A program made the position numbers and the translations under genes. From an uncultured Myxococcales bacterium (GTDB lineage: Bacteria; Myxococcota_A; UBA9042; CAIXZC01), in assembly GCA_903923815.1 (NCBI GenBank), contig CAIXZC010000445.1:1-53809 (forward strand): 53,809 nucleotides of DNA, read 5' to 3'. The notes under the pieces were generated by a model that made no database searches, was not told the origin of the DNA, and saw only the letters and a list, made by a program, of their open reading frames with translations. Every line of letters begins with the position of its first letter. The stretch's first letter is position 1. Below, piece after piece: positions 8,647 to 16,749 of the stretch.

Positions 8647-8676
8647 TTGAACACTGACCAGAAACATGCCTAGGAT
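8647..8676 (+). promoter_or_regulatory. candidate sigma-70-type promoter (TTGAAC-N18-TAGGAT)
   Basis: Hexamers at 8647-8652 and 8671-8676, upstream of the symporter gene. Weak match. Confidence 0.2.
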
Positions 8677-8700
8677 GCGCCCTTGAGTCGGAGGGCGGGC

Positions 8701-10074
8701 ATGAATCTGTTGGTCATCTTGGCCTACGTGGCGGTGATGCTGGGAATCAGCATTGTCAGCCTTCGGAAGGTGAAGTCGTTGTCAGGATTCTTCGTGGCGG
8801 ACCGGGGGGCGGGCGTGGGCCTGGTCACGGCGTCCCTGCTGTCCACCATCATCGGCGGGTCGGCCACGCTGGGCATGGCGGGGCTGGGCTTCTCGCAGGG
8901 GCTGACGGGGGCCTGGTGGATGCTGTCCGGGGTGCTGGGGCTGCTGGTGCTGGCGGCTTGGTTGGCGGGGCGCATTCGTAGCCTGGAGGTCTTCACGCTG
9001 CCAGCCATCCTGGAGCGACAGTATGGCAGCCAGACCCTGCGAGTGGCGGCCTCGTTGCTGATTGGGGTGGCCTGGATAGGCATCGTGGCCGGGCAGATGA
9101 TTGCCGCCGGGAAGATTCTGGCGGTTCTATGGCCAGACCAGACCGAGGCGCTGATTGTGTCGTCGGGCCTGGCCTTCACTGCGTATATCGCGCTGGCGGG
9201 GCAGCACTCGGTGTTGAAGACGGACCTGGTACAGTTGGTGGTCATCCTGCTGGGGGTGGTCCTGTGTGCTGTTTATGTGCCTGCAGCCGGAGGGGACTGG
9301 GGGACCATCAAGGCGGGGCTGCCCGCGGGGCACCTGGACTTCCCCGTGTCGCCCATGTTTCCCGTGGGGGCCCTGGCCACCTACCTGCTGTTCGTGGGGC
9401 TGCCCTATCTGGTGGGGCCGGACCTGTACGGGCGGGTGCTGTCAGCCAGGGACGGAGGCACCGCCCGGCGGGCCCTGATAATCTCAGCTATCGTGCTGAT
9501 TCCATTCGCTTTTGCGGTTACGGCCATTGGCCTGTACGCCCGCGTGCTGTTGCCCGGCACCTCCCCCGAGAGCGCCTTCCCCGCCATGGTGCTGCACGCC
9601 CTTCCGGCGGGGCTGGCGGGGTTGGTCATCGCAGCCCTGTTTGCGGCGGTGATTCCATCCACCAGCCTGATGACCGTGGGTAGCATCCTGACCTGGGACG
9701 TGTTGGTACCGGTGCTGCGGTTGAAGCTTGACGACCGACGGCTGGTGAACCTGTCCCGGGTGGTCATTGTGCTGCTGGGGGTGCTGTCCATAGGCATCGC
9801 CCTACTTGTCAGCGGCATCATCAGCTCGCTGATGATGACCTACACGGTGTTCACCTCTGGTGTGGTGGTGCCGCTGCTGTTCGGGTTCTACGCCAAGCGG
9901 TTGAGGCTGAATGCCACAGGCGCCATTTTGGCCGTGCTGGGAGGAGGCGCCCTTGGTCTGGGTTTGAAGCTTGCCGGTTTCAAGGACCTGGTGCTGATTA
10001 GCCTGCCCGTGTCGGTGCTGCTGCTGTTTGTGGGCAGCTACGCGGCCCGGCTGTCTGGGAAAAGACATGCTTAG
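8701..10074 (+). CDS. sodium:solute symporter family transporter
   Basis: Polytopic membrane protein of about 457 aa. The N-terminal region LLVILAYVAVMLGISIVSLRKVKSLSGFFVADRG...IGGSATLGMAG is typical of SSF transporters. GGAGG precedes the ATG at 8701. Confidence 0.75.
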   Translation: MNLLVILAYVAVMLGISIVSLRKVKSLSGFFVADRGAGVGLVTASLLSTIIGGSATLGMAGLGFSQGLTGAWWMLSGVLGLLVLAAWLAGRIRSLEVFTLPAILERQYGSQTLRVAASLLIGVAWIGIVAGQMIAAGKILAVLWPDQTEALIVSSGLAFTAYIALAGQHSVLKTDLVQLVVILLGVVLCAVYVPAAGGDWGTIKAGLPAGHLDFPVSPMFPVGALATYLLFVGLPYLVGPDLYGRVLSARDGGTARRALIISAIVLIPFAFAVTAIGLYARVLLPGTSPESAFPAMVLHALPAGLAGLVIAALFAAVIPSTSLMTVGSILTWDVLVPVLRLKLDDRRLVNLSRVVIVLLGVLSIGIALLVSGIISSLMMTYTVFTSGVVVPLLFGFYAKRLRLNATGAILAVLGGGALGLGLKLAGFKDLVLISLPVSVLLLFVGSYAARLSGKRHA

Positions 10075-10102
10075 TAAGTACCTGTAAAGAAAGGAAAATA
10101 CA

Positions 10103-10171
10103 TTGAAATCTGCGCTTTTTTCTGTTGCCTTGATGGTCGCCATGGCGCTGCCCGGCACTGCCCGAGCGTGA
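10103..10171 (+). other. orphaned signal-peptide coding segment (22 codons ending in TGA)
   Basis: A TTG start preceded by AGGAAA encodes (M)KSALFSVALMVAMALPGTARA, a classical Sec signal peptide with an AxA cleavage site. The frame stops at 10169-10171. It is offset by one nucleotide from the barrel ORF that starts at 10168. Confidence 0.6.
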
Positions 10172-10920
10172 ACTTCTACGACGGCGTGCGGGCCCCCCAG
10201 GGGCTGTACCTGCTTAGCTACACCAGCCTCTACGCGGCGGATGAAAAGACCGGCAAGGACGGCAAGGTGGCCGTCAAGGACCTGGGCTTCAAGCGCTACC
10301 AGGAGTTGGTGCGCCTGTCTTACTACCAGGGCAACTGGTGCGCCCACCTGATGGTGCCGGCGGCCTGGCAGGAGGTCGGGGCCGCCAAGAAGGACGACCT
10401 GGGCTTCGGGGACATCAACCTGGGGTTTGGCTACTTCGTGCCCATTCGCAGCGTGGACCTGTTGCCCATCCTGTTCGTCAAGGGGCCCACGGGCTCCTAC
10501 GACAAGAGCAACCCGGCCAGCATCGGAGAGAACCAGTGGGACCTCAAGCCCACCCTGTTCCTGCACAAGACCCTGGGACCCTGGACCGTGGATCTGGCGG
10601 CCAAGTACTTCTACCGGAGCACCAACAAGGAGACCAAGGTGGCCCCCATGAACGAGTTCTATGCCGAGGGGCTTTTCGGCTACGAATTCTGGCAGTTCAT
10701 GAAACTGGGCCTGTCCTTGAACTACAAGAACGGTGACGGCCAGAAGTGGTTCGACGAGGACACCAACGGCGCCAGGGCCAAGGAGGCCTTCTCCGTGGGT
10801 AGCGACGTCTATTTCCGCTTCAAGCCCGTCAAGCTGTCCTTCACCTACCTGTACGATGCCTACACCGCTAACACCACGCAAGGGCAGTACTTTCAGATCA
10901 AGACCGTGTGGAAATTCTAG
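10168..10920 (+). CDS. outer-membrane beta-barrel protein, possibly MetA-pathway/phenol-degradation-like transporter family; lacks its own signal peptide as annotated
   Basis: About 250 aa with alternating amphipathic beta-strand pattern, aromatic girdle residues and a C-terminal ...IKTVWKF (terminal Phe). See the upstream out-of-frame signal peptide. Confidence 0.6.
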   Translation: MNFYDGVRAPQGLYLLSYTSLYAADEKTGKDGKVAVKDLGFKRYQELVRLSYYQGNWCAHLMVPAAWQEVGAAKKDDLGFGDINLGFGYFVPIRSVDLLPILFVKGPTGSYDKSNPASIGENQWDLKPTLFLHKTLGPWTVDLAAKYFYRSTNKETKVAPMNEFYAEGLFGYEFWQFMKLGLSLNYKNGDGQKWFDEDTNGARAKEAFSVGSDVYFRFKPVKLSFTYLYDAYTANTTQGQYFQIKTVWKF

Positions 10921-10985
10921 GACTGGACGCACGCCGCAACCCCCCAGAGCTTAGAAAATAGCACCGTACTTTGAGGCCTATGTAT

Positions 10986-11092
10986 CGGGGACGGAGGCGT
11001 TTGGCTGCGACCGGGGATGCGACCGGGGACGGAGGCGGTTGGCTGCGACCAGTTGTCCGGGGACGGAGGCGGTTGGCTGCGACCAGTTGTCC
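10986..11092 (+). repeat. REP-like tandem array (34-bp unit ggggacggaggcggttggctgcgaccagttgtcc)
   Basis: Perfect units at 11025-11058 and 11059-11092. A diverged unit lies at 10986-11024 and a decayed unit starts at 11093. The array shares the GCGACC..CGGGGACGGAGGC core with the cluster at 3159-3353, in opposite orientation. Confidence 0.85.
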
Positions 11093-11111
11093 GGGGGGCG
11101 GATGGGTGGGT

Positions 11112-11154
11112 TGACAGTTTGTCAGAGTCGCGCGCGGGGGGCGTGCTCGCGCGA
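11112..11154. promoter_or_regulatory. palindromes upstream of the gspC promoter (TGACA-N3-TGTCA; TCGCGCG-N13-CGCGCGA)
   Basis: A 13-bp perfect inverted repeat at 11112-11124 and a GC-rich inverted repeat at 11128-11154, about 80-125 bp upstream of the sigma-54-like element. This position suits an enhancer-binding-protein site. Confidence 0.3.
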
Positions 11155-11234
11155 TCTGTAAAACGGGGCCTAAGTGGCTGGAATGAAAGCCGGATCTGAG
11201 GCCCCGTCCCCGGGGGCTTTCTCGCTGTTTGGGT

Positions 11235-11250
11235 TGGTACGGAAGTTGCT
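11235..11250 (+). promoter_or_regulatory. sigma-54 (-24/-12) type promoter TGGTACG-N4-TTGCT
   Basis: TTGGTACGGAAGTTGCTTG has GG and GC separated by exactly 10 nt. There is one mismatch to TGGCACG-N4-TTGCW. It lies about 36 nt upstream of the gspC ATG. Confidence 0.55.
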
Positions 11251-11284
11251 TGTTAGAAGCGCCGTACTTTTGTGGGCGAGGACC

Positions 11285-12271
11285 ATGGAACTGCTTTTCA
11301 AGAAGTACTTTTGGTTGCTGAATGCGGCGCTGCTGGTGCTGCTGGCTTTTCTGGTGGCGCGGCTGCTGGCCTCCTGGACCCGCTACGAGCTGCTGGCCCT
11401 TGCCCAGACCGACGCCACCGCCGAGACCCTGGTCGTGGAGGCCGGCGACAACTCCTTCCGCGCCGGGCAGTTTGGCAGCAAGGTCGATACCAGCCGCCGC
11501 CGGGAGCTGATGGAGAAGGGCCCCGAACTGCCCCCCGCCCCGGTGGAACTGGCCGAGCCCAAGGAAGAGACCTTTGAGGAGGCCGAGGCCGCCGAGGAGC
11601 CCACGGGCAGCCTCAAGCTGGAATACTTCGCCGCCGTCATCTCCTCCAACCCCAAGAACAGCCTGGCCTTTGTGAAGGTCGACGACGAGGAGGAGGGCCG
11701 CTGGGTTGGCCTGGGCGAGTCCCTGAAGGGCGAGACCCGGGTCGAGGAGATCACCCGCCGCCTCATCCGGGCCACCGATGGCACCGTCAAGTACCTGTGG
11801 CAGGGCAAGGAAGAAGAGGGCGAGCAGCCCACCGGTCTGCGCAAGCCCACCATCCCCGGCCGCCCCCTCGCCCCCACCCCCGAGCCCACCATGTCCGACG
11901 CTGGCGGTGACGACGCCGTCATCCAGGGCATCACCAAGGCCGGCCCCTTCGAGTACCACATCGACCGCGCCCTCATCGACGAGCAGCTGCAGGACCTGAC
12001 CAAGCTGGGCCGCCAGGCCCGGGTCATTCCCAACTACGACCGGGACTCCGGCGGCTACAAGGGCTTCAAGCTCATCGGCGTGCGGCCCAACAGCCTCTAC
12101 CGGGGCATCGGCATCCGCAGCGGCGACGTGATCATGCAAGTCAACGGGGAGGAGCTGAACTCCCCCAGCAAGGCCCTGGAGCTGTTTACCAAGCTCCAGA
12201 CGTCAAATCAGATTTCCCTGGATATCAAGCGTCGGGGCAAGAACGAGACCCTGATCTACAAGATCCAGTAG
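11285..12271 (+). CDS. gspC: type II secretion system protein C (PDZ-containing)
   Basis: N-terminal TM segment (FWLLNAALLVLLAFLVARLL), acidic linker, C-terminal PDZ-like domain (GFKLIGVRPNSLYRGIGIRSGDVIMQVNGEEL). It sits directly upstream of the secretin gene. Confidence 0.7.
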   Translation: MELLFKKYFWLLNAALLVLLAFLVARLLASWTRYELLALAQTDATAETLVVEAGDNSFRAGQFGSKVDTSRRRELMEKGPELPPAPVELAEPKEETFEEAEAAEEPTGSLKLEYFAAVISSNPKNSLAFVKVDDEEEGRWVGLGESLKGETRVEEITRRLIRATDGTVKYLWQGKEEEGEQPTGLRKPTIPGRPLAPTPEPTMSDAGGDDAVIQGITKAGPFEYHIDRALIDEQLQDLTKLGRQARVIPNYDRDSGGYKGFKLIGVRPNSLYRGIGIRSGDVIMQVNGEELNSPSKALELFTKLQTSNQISLDIKRRGKNETLIYKIQ

Positions 12272-12292
12272 CGCGTGTTGCAGGAGTACCCT

Positions 12293-15019
12293 ATGCAGCG
12301 AAAAGCAGCCATCCTCTGGACCCTCCTTCTTCTCCTGGTGCAGTCCGCCCCGGCTGGGGCCCAGGTGGTCCCCCTGGACCAGCCCGGCACCCTGAACCCC
12401 GGTCTGGCCGGCCCCAAGCGGGTCTTCAGCCCCAAGGTGGCGGGCGAGAACTCCGCCGAGGAGAACCGCGAGGCGGCCCCCATGAACGCCATCCAGCCCC
12501 CTCCCGGCCCTGGCGGCGGCCTGCCCATGGCCCCCGGAGCCCCCATGGTCCCCGGTGGTGCTGGCTTCATGCCCACCCCCGGCGCCGGCATGGCCCCGCC
12601 CCCGCCCGCCATCCCCGCGGCCCCTGCTGCTGCGGACAAGGACGCCATCAAGGTCACCGGCAATCAGGACGACATCGAGCGCAAACCCTCGGGCGTCACG
12701 GACATCCCCTGCCAGCCCATGGACCTGAACGAACAGGTCAGCCTGGACTTCAAGGAAGTGCCCCTGGATGACCTGATCCGCCTGATGAGCTGCTGGACCT
12801 CCAAGAACTTCATGCTGCAGGGCGGCTTCCAGGGCAAGACCATCACCCTCATGTCCCCCAACCCCGTCACCGTGGCCCAGGCCTACCGGGCGTTTCTCAG
12901 CGTCCTGCGCGTGCACGGCCTGGTCATCGTCCCCGCCGGCGCCTACTTGAAGATCGTCCCCGACGCCCAGGCCAAGCAGGAGCCCATCCCCATCATCAAG
13001 AAGGCCGGCGGCCTCCCCGAAGGCGACGAGATGGTCACGAAGATGGTTCCCCTGCAGCACGTCCCCGCCTCCGAGCTGACCCAGGTGCTGGACAAGTTCA
13101 AGGGCAAGGCCGGCGAGATCATCGCCTACGGTGAGGACCAGCTGATCATCACCGACCACGCCGTCATGATCGAGCGCCTGCTGGGCCTCATCAAGGAATT
13201 GGATATGCCCACGGACAAGGAGAAGATCTGGGTCCGTCAGGTGGAATACGCCGAGGCCGGCGAGCTGCTGAACGTGGTCACCGGCCTGTTCGGGGACACC
13301 GCCGGTGGCAAGAAGCTGCCCGGGGCCCCCGCCGCCAACCCCGCCGCCCGTCAGATCAAGGGCCGCCCCGTCCCCGGCATGGCCCAGCGCCCCGGCGGCA
13401 CGGACGCCACCGTGGTGGGCACCGAGGGCGAGGTCATTGGCGTGTCCAAGGCCCTCTCCGACGAGCGCACCAACCAGATCATCCTGGTGTGCAATCGCAC
13501 CACCTACCTGCGCGTGGACAAGCTGCTGCGCAAGCTGGACGTGCCCATCCCCGGCGAGGGCCAGATCCACATCATCTACCTGGAGAACGCGGACGCCGAG
13601 GAGATCTCCTCCACTCTGTCCAGCCTCACCTCCGGCGCCAAGGCCGCGACCTCCGGCGGCCCCCGCAAGGTCGGTGGTGGGCCCGCCGCCGCCGTGGGTG
13701 CCAGCGGCGCCGCGCTGTTCGAAGGCGAGGTCAAGATCACCGCCGACAAGGGCACCAACGCCCTGGTGGTGGAGGCCTCCCTCAAAGACTTCATGAGCCT
13801 GCGCAAGGTGGTGGACCTGTTGGACATCCGCCGCAAGCAGGTCTACGTGGAAGCCATCATCATGGAGATCATCTCCACGAAGGATCGCAACTACGGCGCC
13901 TCCAGCAGCGCCGGCACCAGCTTCAACATCGACGGCAACGAGGTGCCCCTCATGGTGGGCATGGGCGGCCTGGGCATGTCGGGTCTGGACACCACGCAGC
14001 TTACCCAGGGCGGCATGGCCGTGGGCATGCAGGGCCCGCTGCTGGACGTCTCCACCGGCGACACCGGCACCAGCACCAGCGGCAGCCTCTCCGTCCCCGC
14101 CTACGGCTTCATGTTGCAGGCCATCGCCAGCAACTCCGACGTGAACATCCTGTCCACGCCCCACATCCTCACCACGGACAACGAAGAGGCCGAGATCCAG
14201 GTGGGCAAGCAGATTCCCTACCAGTCCACCTCCATGGGCGGCCTCAGCTCCCTCATGGGCCTGGGCGGCATGTCGGGTCTGTCCGGCTACGGCACCAACA
14301 CCAGCACCTACGGCAGCTCGGGCTACTCCGGCATGGGCGGCCTGGGGGGCTACTCCAGCCTGCTGTCCGGCATGGGCGGCATGGGCCAGGTGCAGCGCAT
14401 CGACGTGGACCTGACCTTGAAGATCACGCCCCACGTGAACGAGTCCAACTTCGTCAAGCTGGAGATCGACCAGTCCATCGAGGACGTGGAGAGCATCGAC
14501 CGCAACCTGGGCCCCACCACCAGCAAGCGCAAGGTCAAGAACGTCGTGGTGGTGAAGGATCAGCAGCCCGTGGTCATCGGCGGCCTCATCCGCGATACCG
14601 AGTCCGAGGGCGTCAACAAGGTCCCCATCCTGGGCGACATCCCCCTCATCGGCATGCTGTTCCGCAACACCATCACGGCCACTGAGAAGAAGAACCTGCT
14701 GATGGTCATCATCCCGCACATCATCGAGGACCCCTCCGACCTGACCCGCATCCACCGCGAGCGCTCCGAGGAGATCCGCCGCTTTGCCGAGTACCTGGCC
14801 ACCAAGGAAAAAGAGAAGCACGGCATCGTCGACTACCAGAAGAAGAAGGGCGGCCTGGAGTCCATGAACCAGGTGGTGAACCGCACCAAGGCCGAGCGCG
14901 AAGAGCGTGAGCGGGCCCGGTTCGAGGGCACCAGCCTGGACATCGTGGGCCCCCCCGAGACCCACGAACTGGACTACGACCCGTCGGCTGACAAGGACTC
15001 CCAGGAAGGCCAACAATGA
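12293..15019 (+). CDS. gspD: type II secretion system secretin
   Basis: Signal peptide MQRKAAILWTLLLLLVQSAPAGAQ. Secretin N-domains and a C-terminal secretin core (VPILGDIPLIGMLF). It also has a Pro/Gly/Met-rich N-terminal spacer and a Gly/Ser/Met-rich insertion. AGGAG precedes the ATG at 12293. Confidence 0.9.
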   Translation: MQRKAAILWTLLLLLVQSAPAGAQVVPLDQPGTLNPGLAGPKRVFSPKVAGENSAEENREAAPMNAIQPPPGPGGGLPMAPGAPMVPGGAGFMPTPGAGMAPPPPAIPAAPAAADKDAIKVTGNQDDIERKPSGVTDIPCQPMDLNEQVSLDFKEVPLDDLIRLMSCWTSKNFMLQGGFQGKTITLMSPNPVTVAQAYRAFLSVLRVHGLVIVPAGAYLKIVPDAQAKQEPIPIIKKAGGLPEGDEMVTKMVPLQHVPASELTQVLDKFKGKAGEIIAYGEDQLIITDHAVMIERLLGLIKELDMPTDKEKIWVRQVEYAEAGELLNVVTGLFGDTAGGKKLPGAPAANPAARQIKGRPVPGMAQRPGGTDATVVGTEGEVIGVSKALSDERTNQIILVCNRTTYLRVDKLLRKLDVPIPGEGQIHIIYLENADAEEISSTLSSLTSGAKAATSGGPRKVGGGPAAAVGASGAALFEGEVKITADKGTNALVVEASLKDFMSLRKVVDLLDIRRKQVYVEAIIMEIISTKDRNYGASSSAGTSFNIDGNEVPLMVGMGGLGMSGLDTTQLTQGGMAVGMQGPLLDVSTGDTGTSTSGSLSVPAYGFMLQAIASNSDVNILSTPHILTTDNEEAEIQVGKQIPYQSTSMGGLSSLMGLGGMSGLSGYGTNTSTYGSSGYSGMGGLGGYSSLLSGMGGMGQVQRIDVDLTLKITPHVNESNFVKLEIDQSIEDVESIDRNLGPTTSKRKVKNVVVVKDQQPVVIGGLIRDTESEGVNKVPILGDIPLIGMLFRNTITATEKKNLLMVIIPHIIEDPSDLTRIHRERSEEIRRFAEYLATKEKEKHGIVDYQKKKGGLESMNQVVNRTKAEREERERARFEGTSLDIVGPPETHELDYDPSADKDSQEGQQ

Positions 15020-16746
15020 GCTCCAACAGCAGAGAAAGCGGCCTGCGCCTCTTCGGGCAGGTCCTGAAGGATCTGGGGCTGATCTCTGAGGCCGAGCTGG
15101 ACCAGGCCTTGAAGCTTCAGATAGAGAAGGGTGGGCGCCTGGGAGAGATCCTGGTGCAGCAGGGCTCCATCCAGGAGCAGGACGTGCCCCGCGCGCTGGC
15201 GGCCCAGTTCGGCATCGAGCACCTGGACAAGGTGGACCGGACGCGGCTGGACCCCTCCCTGGTGGAGGCCTTCCCCATCCAGTTCGCCAAGCAAAGCAAC
15301 TTCGCCCCCCTGTGGCGCAGCAAGGGCCGCGTCGTGGTGGCCGTGTCCGAGCCAGGTAACGCCCAGTTGCTGAACGACCTGGGCGTGCTGTTCGGCACCG
15401 AGGTGGTGCCCATGGTGGCCACCGCCCAGCAGGTGACGGATCTGGTGAACATCCAGTTCGACCGCAAGAGCGGCGCCGAGCAGGTCATGGGCGACATCGC
15501 CGACAGCGACGACCTGGACAGCATCGCCCTGGACCTGGAGGACAGCACCAAGGACCTGTTGGAAGAGGACGACGAGGCCCCCATCATCCGCCTCGTGAAC
15601 TCCATCTTCGGGCAGGCCATCAAGGAGAAGGCCTCGGACATCCACATCGAGCCCTACGAGCGGGACATCTCGGTGCGCTTCCGCAAGGACGGCGTCATGC
15701 ACGAGGTGCTGCGCATCCCCAAGCGCATCCAGAGCTCCGTCACCTCCCGAATAAAGATCATGGGCGGCCTGAACATCGCCGAGAAGCGGCGCCCCCAGGA
15801 CGGACGCATCCGCATTCGAATCGCCGGCCGTGACGTGGACATCCGACTGTCCGTCATCCCCATCGCCCATGGCGAGAGCATGGTGATGCGACTGCTGGAC
15901 AAGACCGCCGTGCTGCTGGATCTGCGGGACCTGGGCTTCTGGGAGGACGACCTCAAGAAGCTGTTCCACCTGATCGAGCGCCCCCACGGCATCCTGCTGG
16001 TGACGGGCCCCACGGGCTCGGGCAAGACCACCACGCTGTACGGCGCCCTGTCCCGGATCAACACCCCGGACAAGAAGATCCTGACCATTGAAGACCCCGT
16101 GGAATACCAGATCCCGGGCATCAACCAGATGCAGGTGAACGCCAAGATCGAGGTCACCTTCGGGTCCGCCCTGCGCGCCTTCCTGCGCCAGGACCCGGAC
16201 GTCATCCTGGTGGGCGAAATCCGTGACCGGGAGACCGTGGAAATAGCCATCCAGGCCTCCCTCACGGGCCACATGGTGTTCTCCACCGTGCATACCAATG
16301 ACGCGGCCTCCACCTTCACGCGCCTCACGGACATGGGCGTGGAGCCCTTCCTCATCTCCTCCGCGGTCATCGCCGTGCTGGCCCAGCGCCTGGTGCGCGT
16401 GGTGTGCCGGGAGTGCCGCCAGCCCGTGGAGGCTGGCCCCATCGAGCTGCAACAGCTTGGCATCACCGACGCCAATGGGCCCGTGACCATCTACAAGGCC
16501 AAGGGCTGCGAGGCCTGCAGCAACACCGGGTATTCGGGACGAAAGGGCATCTTCGAGCTGCTGGTGCTGACGGACTCCGTGAGGGATCTGGTCATGGCCC
16601 GCAGCGATGCCTCCAGGATCAAGCAGCAGGCGCTGCGCGAGGGCATGCACACCCTTCGTCAGGACGGCGTTCGGAAGATCCTCTCCGGGCTCACCACCAT
16701 GGAAGAGGTCTTCAGGGTCACGCAGGAAGACGTCATAAGGATTTAG
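15016..16746 (+). CDS. gspE: type II secretion system ATPase
   Basis: N-terminal T2SSE_N/MshEN-like domain, Walker A GPTGSGKTTT, Asp and His boxes, tetracysteine motif (CRECRQ...CEAC). ATGA overlap with gspD. Confidence 0.93.
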   Translation: MSSNSRESGLRLFGQVLKDLGLISEAELDQALKLQIEKGGRLGEILVQQGSIQEQDVPRALAAQFGIEHLDKVDRTRLDPSLVEAFPIQFAKQSNFAPLWRSKGRVVVAVSEPGNAQLLNDLGVLFGTEVVPMVATAQQVTDLVNIQFDRKSGAEQVMGDIADSDDLDSIALDLEDSTKDLLEEDDEAPIIRLVNSIFGQAIKEKASDIHIEPYERDISVRFRKDGVMHEVLRIPKRIQSSVTSRIKIMGGLNIAEKRRPQDGRIRIRIAGRDVDIRLSVIPIAHGESMVMRLLDKTAVLLDLRDLGFWEDDLKKLFHLIERPHGILLVTGPTGSGKTTTLYGALSRINTPDKKILTIEDPVEYQIPGINQMQVNAKIEVTFGSALRAFLRQDPDVILVGEIRDRETVEIAIQASLTGHMVFSTVHTNDAASTFTRLTDMGVEPFLISSAVIAVLAQRLVRVVCRECRQPVEAGPIELQQLGITDANGPVTIYKAKGCEACSNTGYSGRKGIFELLVLTDSVRDLVMARSDASRIKQQALREGMHTLRQDGVRKILSGLTTMEEVFRVTQEDVIRI

Positions 16747-16749
16747 CCC

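Noticed and set aside
12203-15016. 937-aa ORF on the minus strand, antisense to gspD. Similar very long antisense or off-frame ORFs occur at 14974-17766, 42303-45443, 34682-37372, 2296-4302, 24713-26767, 32147-34973 and 46205-47794.
   Set aside because: Their translations are Gly/Ala/His/Arg/Val/Leu-rich low-complexity strings typical of open off-frames in high-GC DNA. Each lies opposite a gene with clear family motifs and proper GC3 bias.
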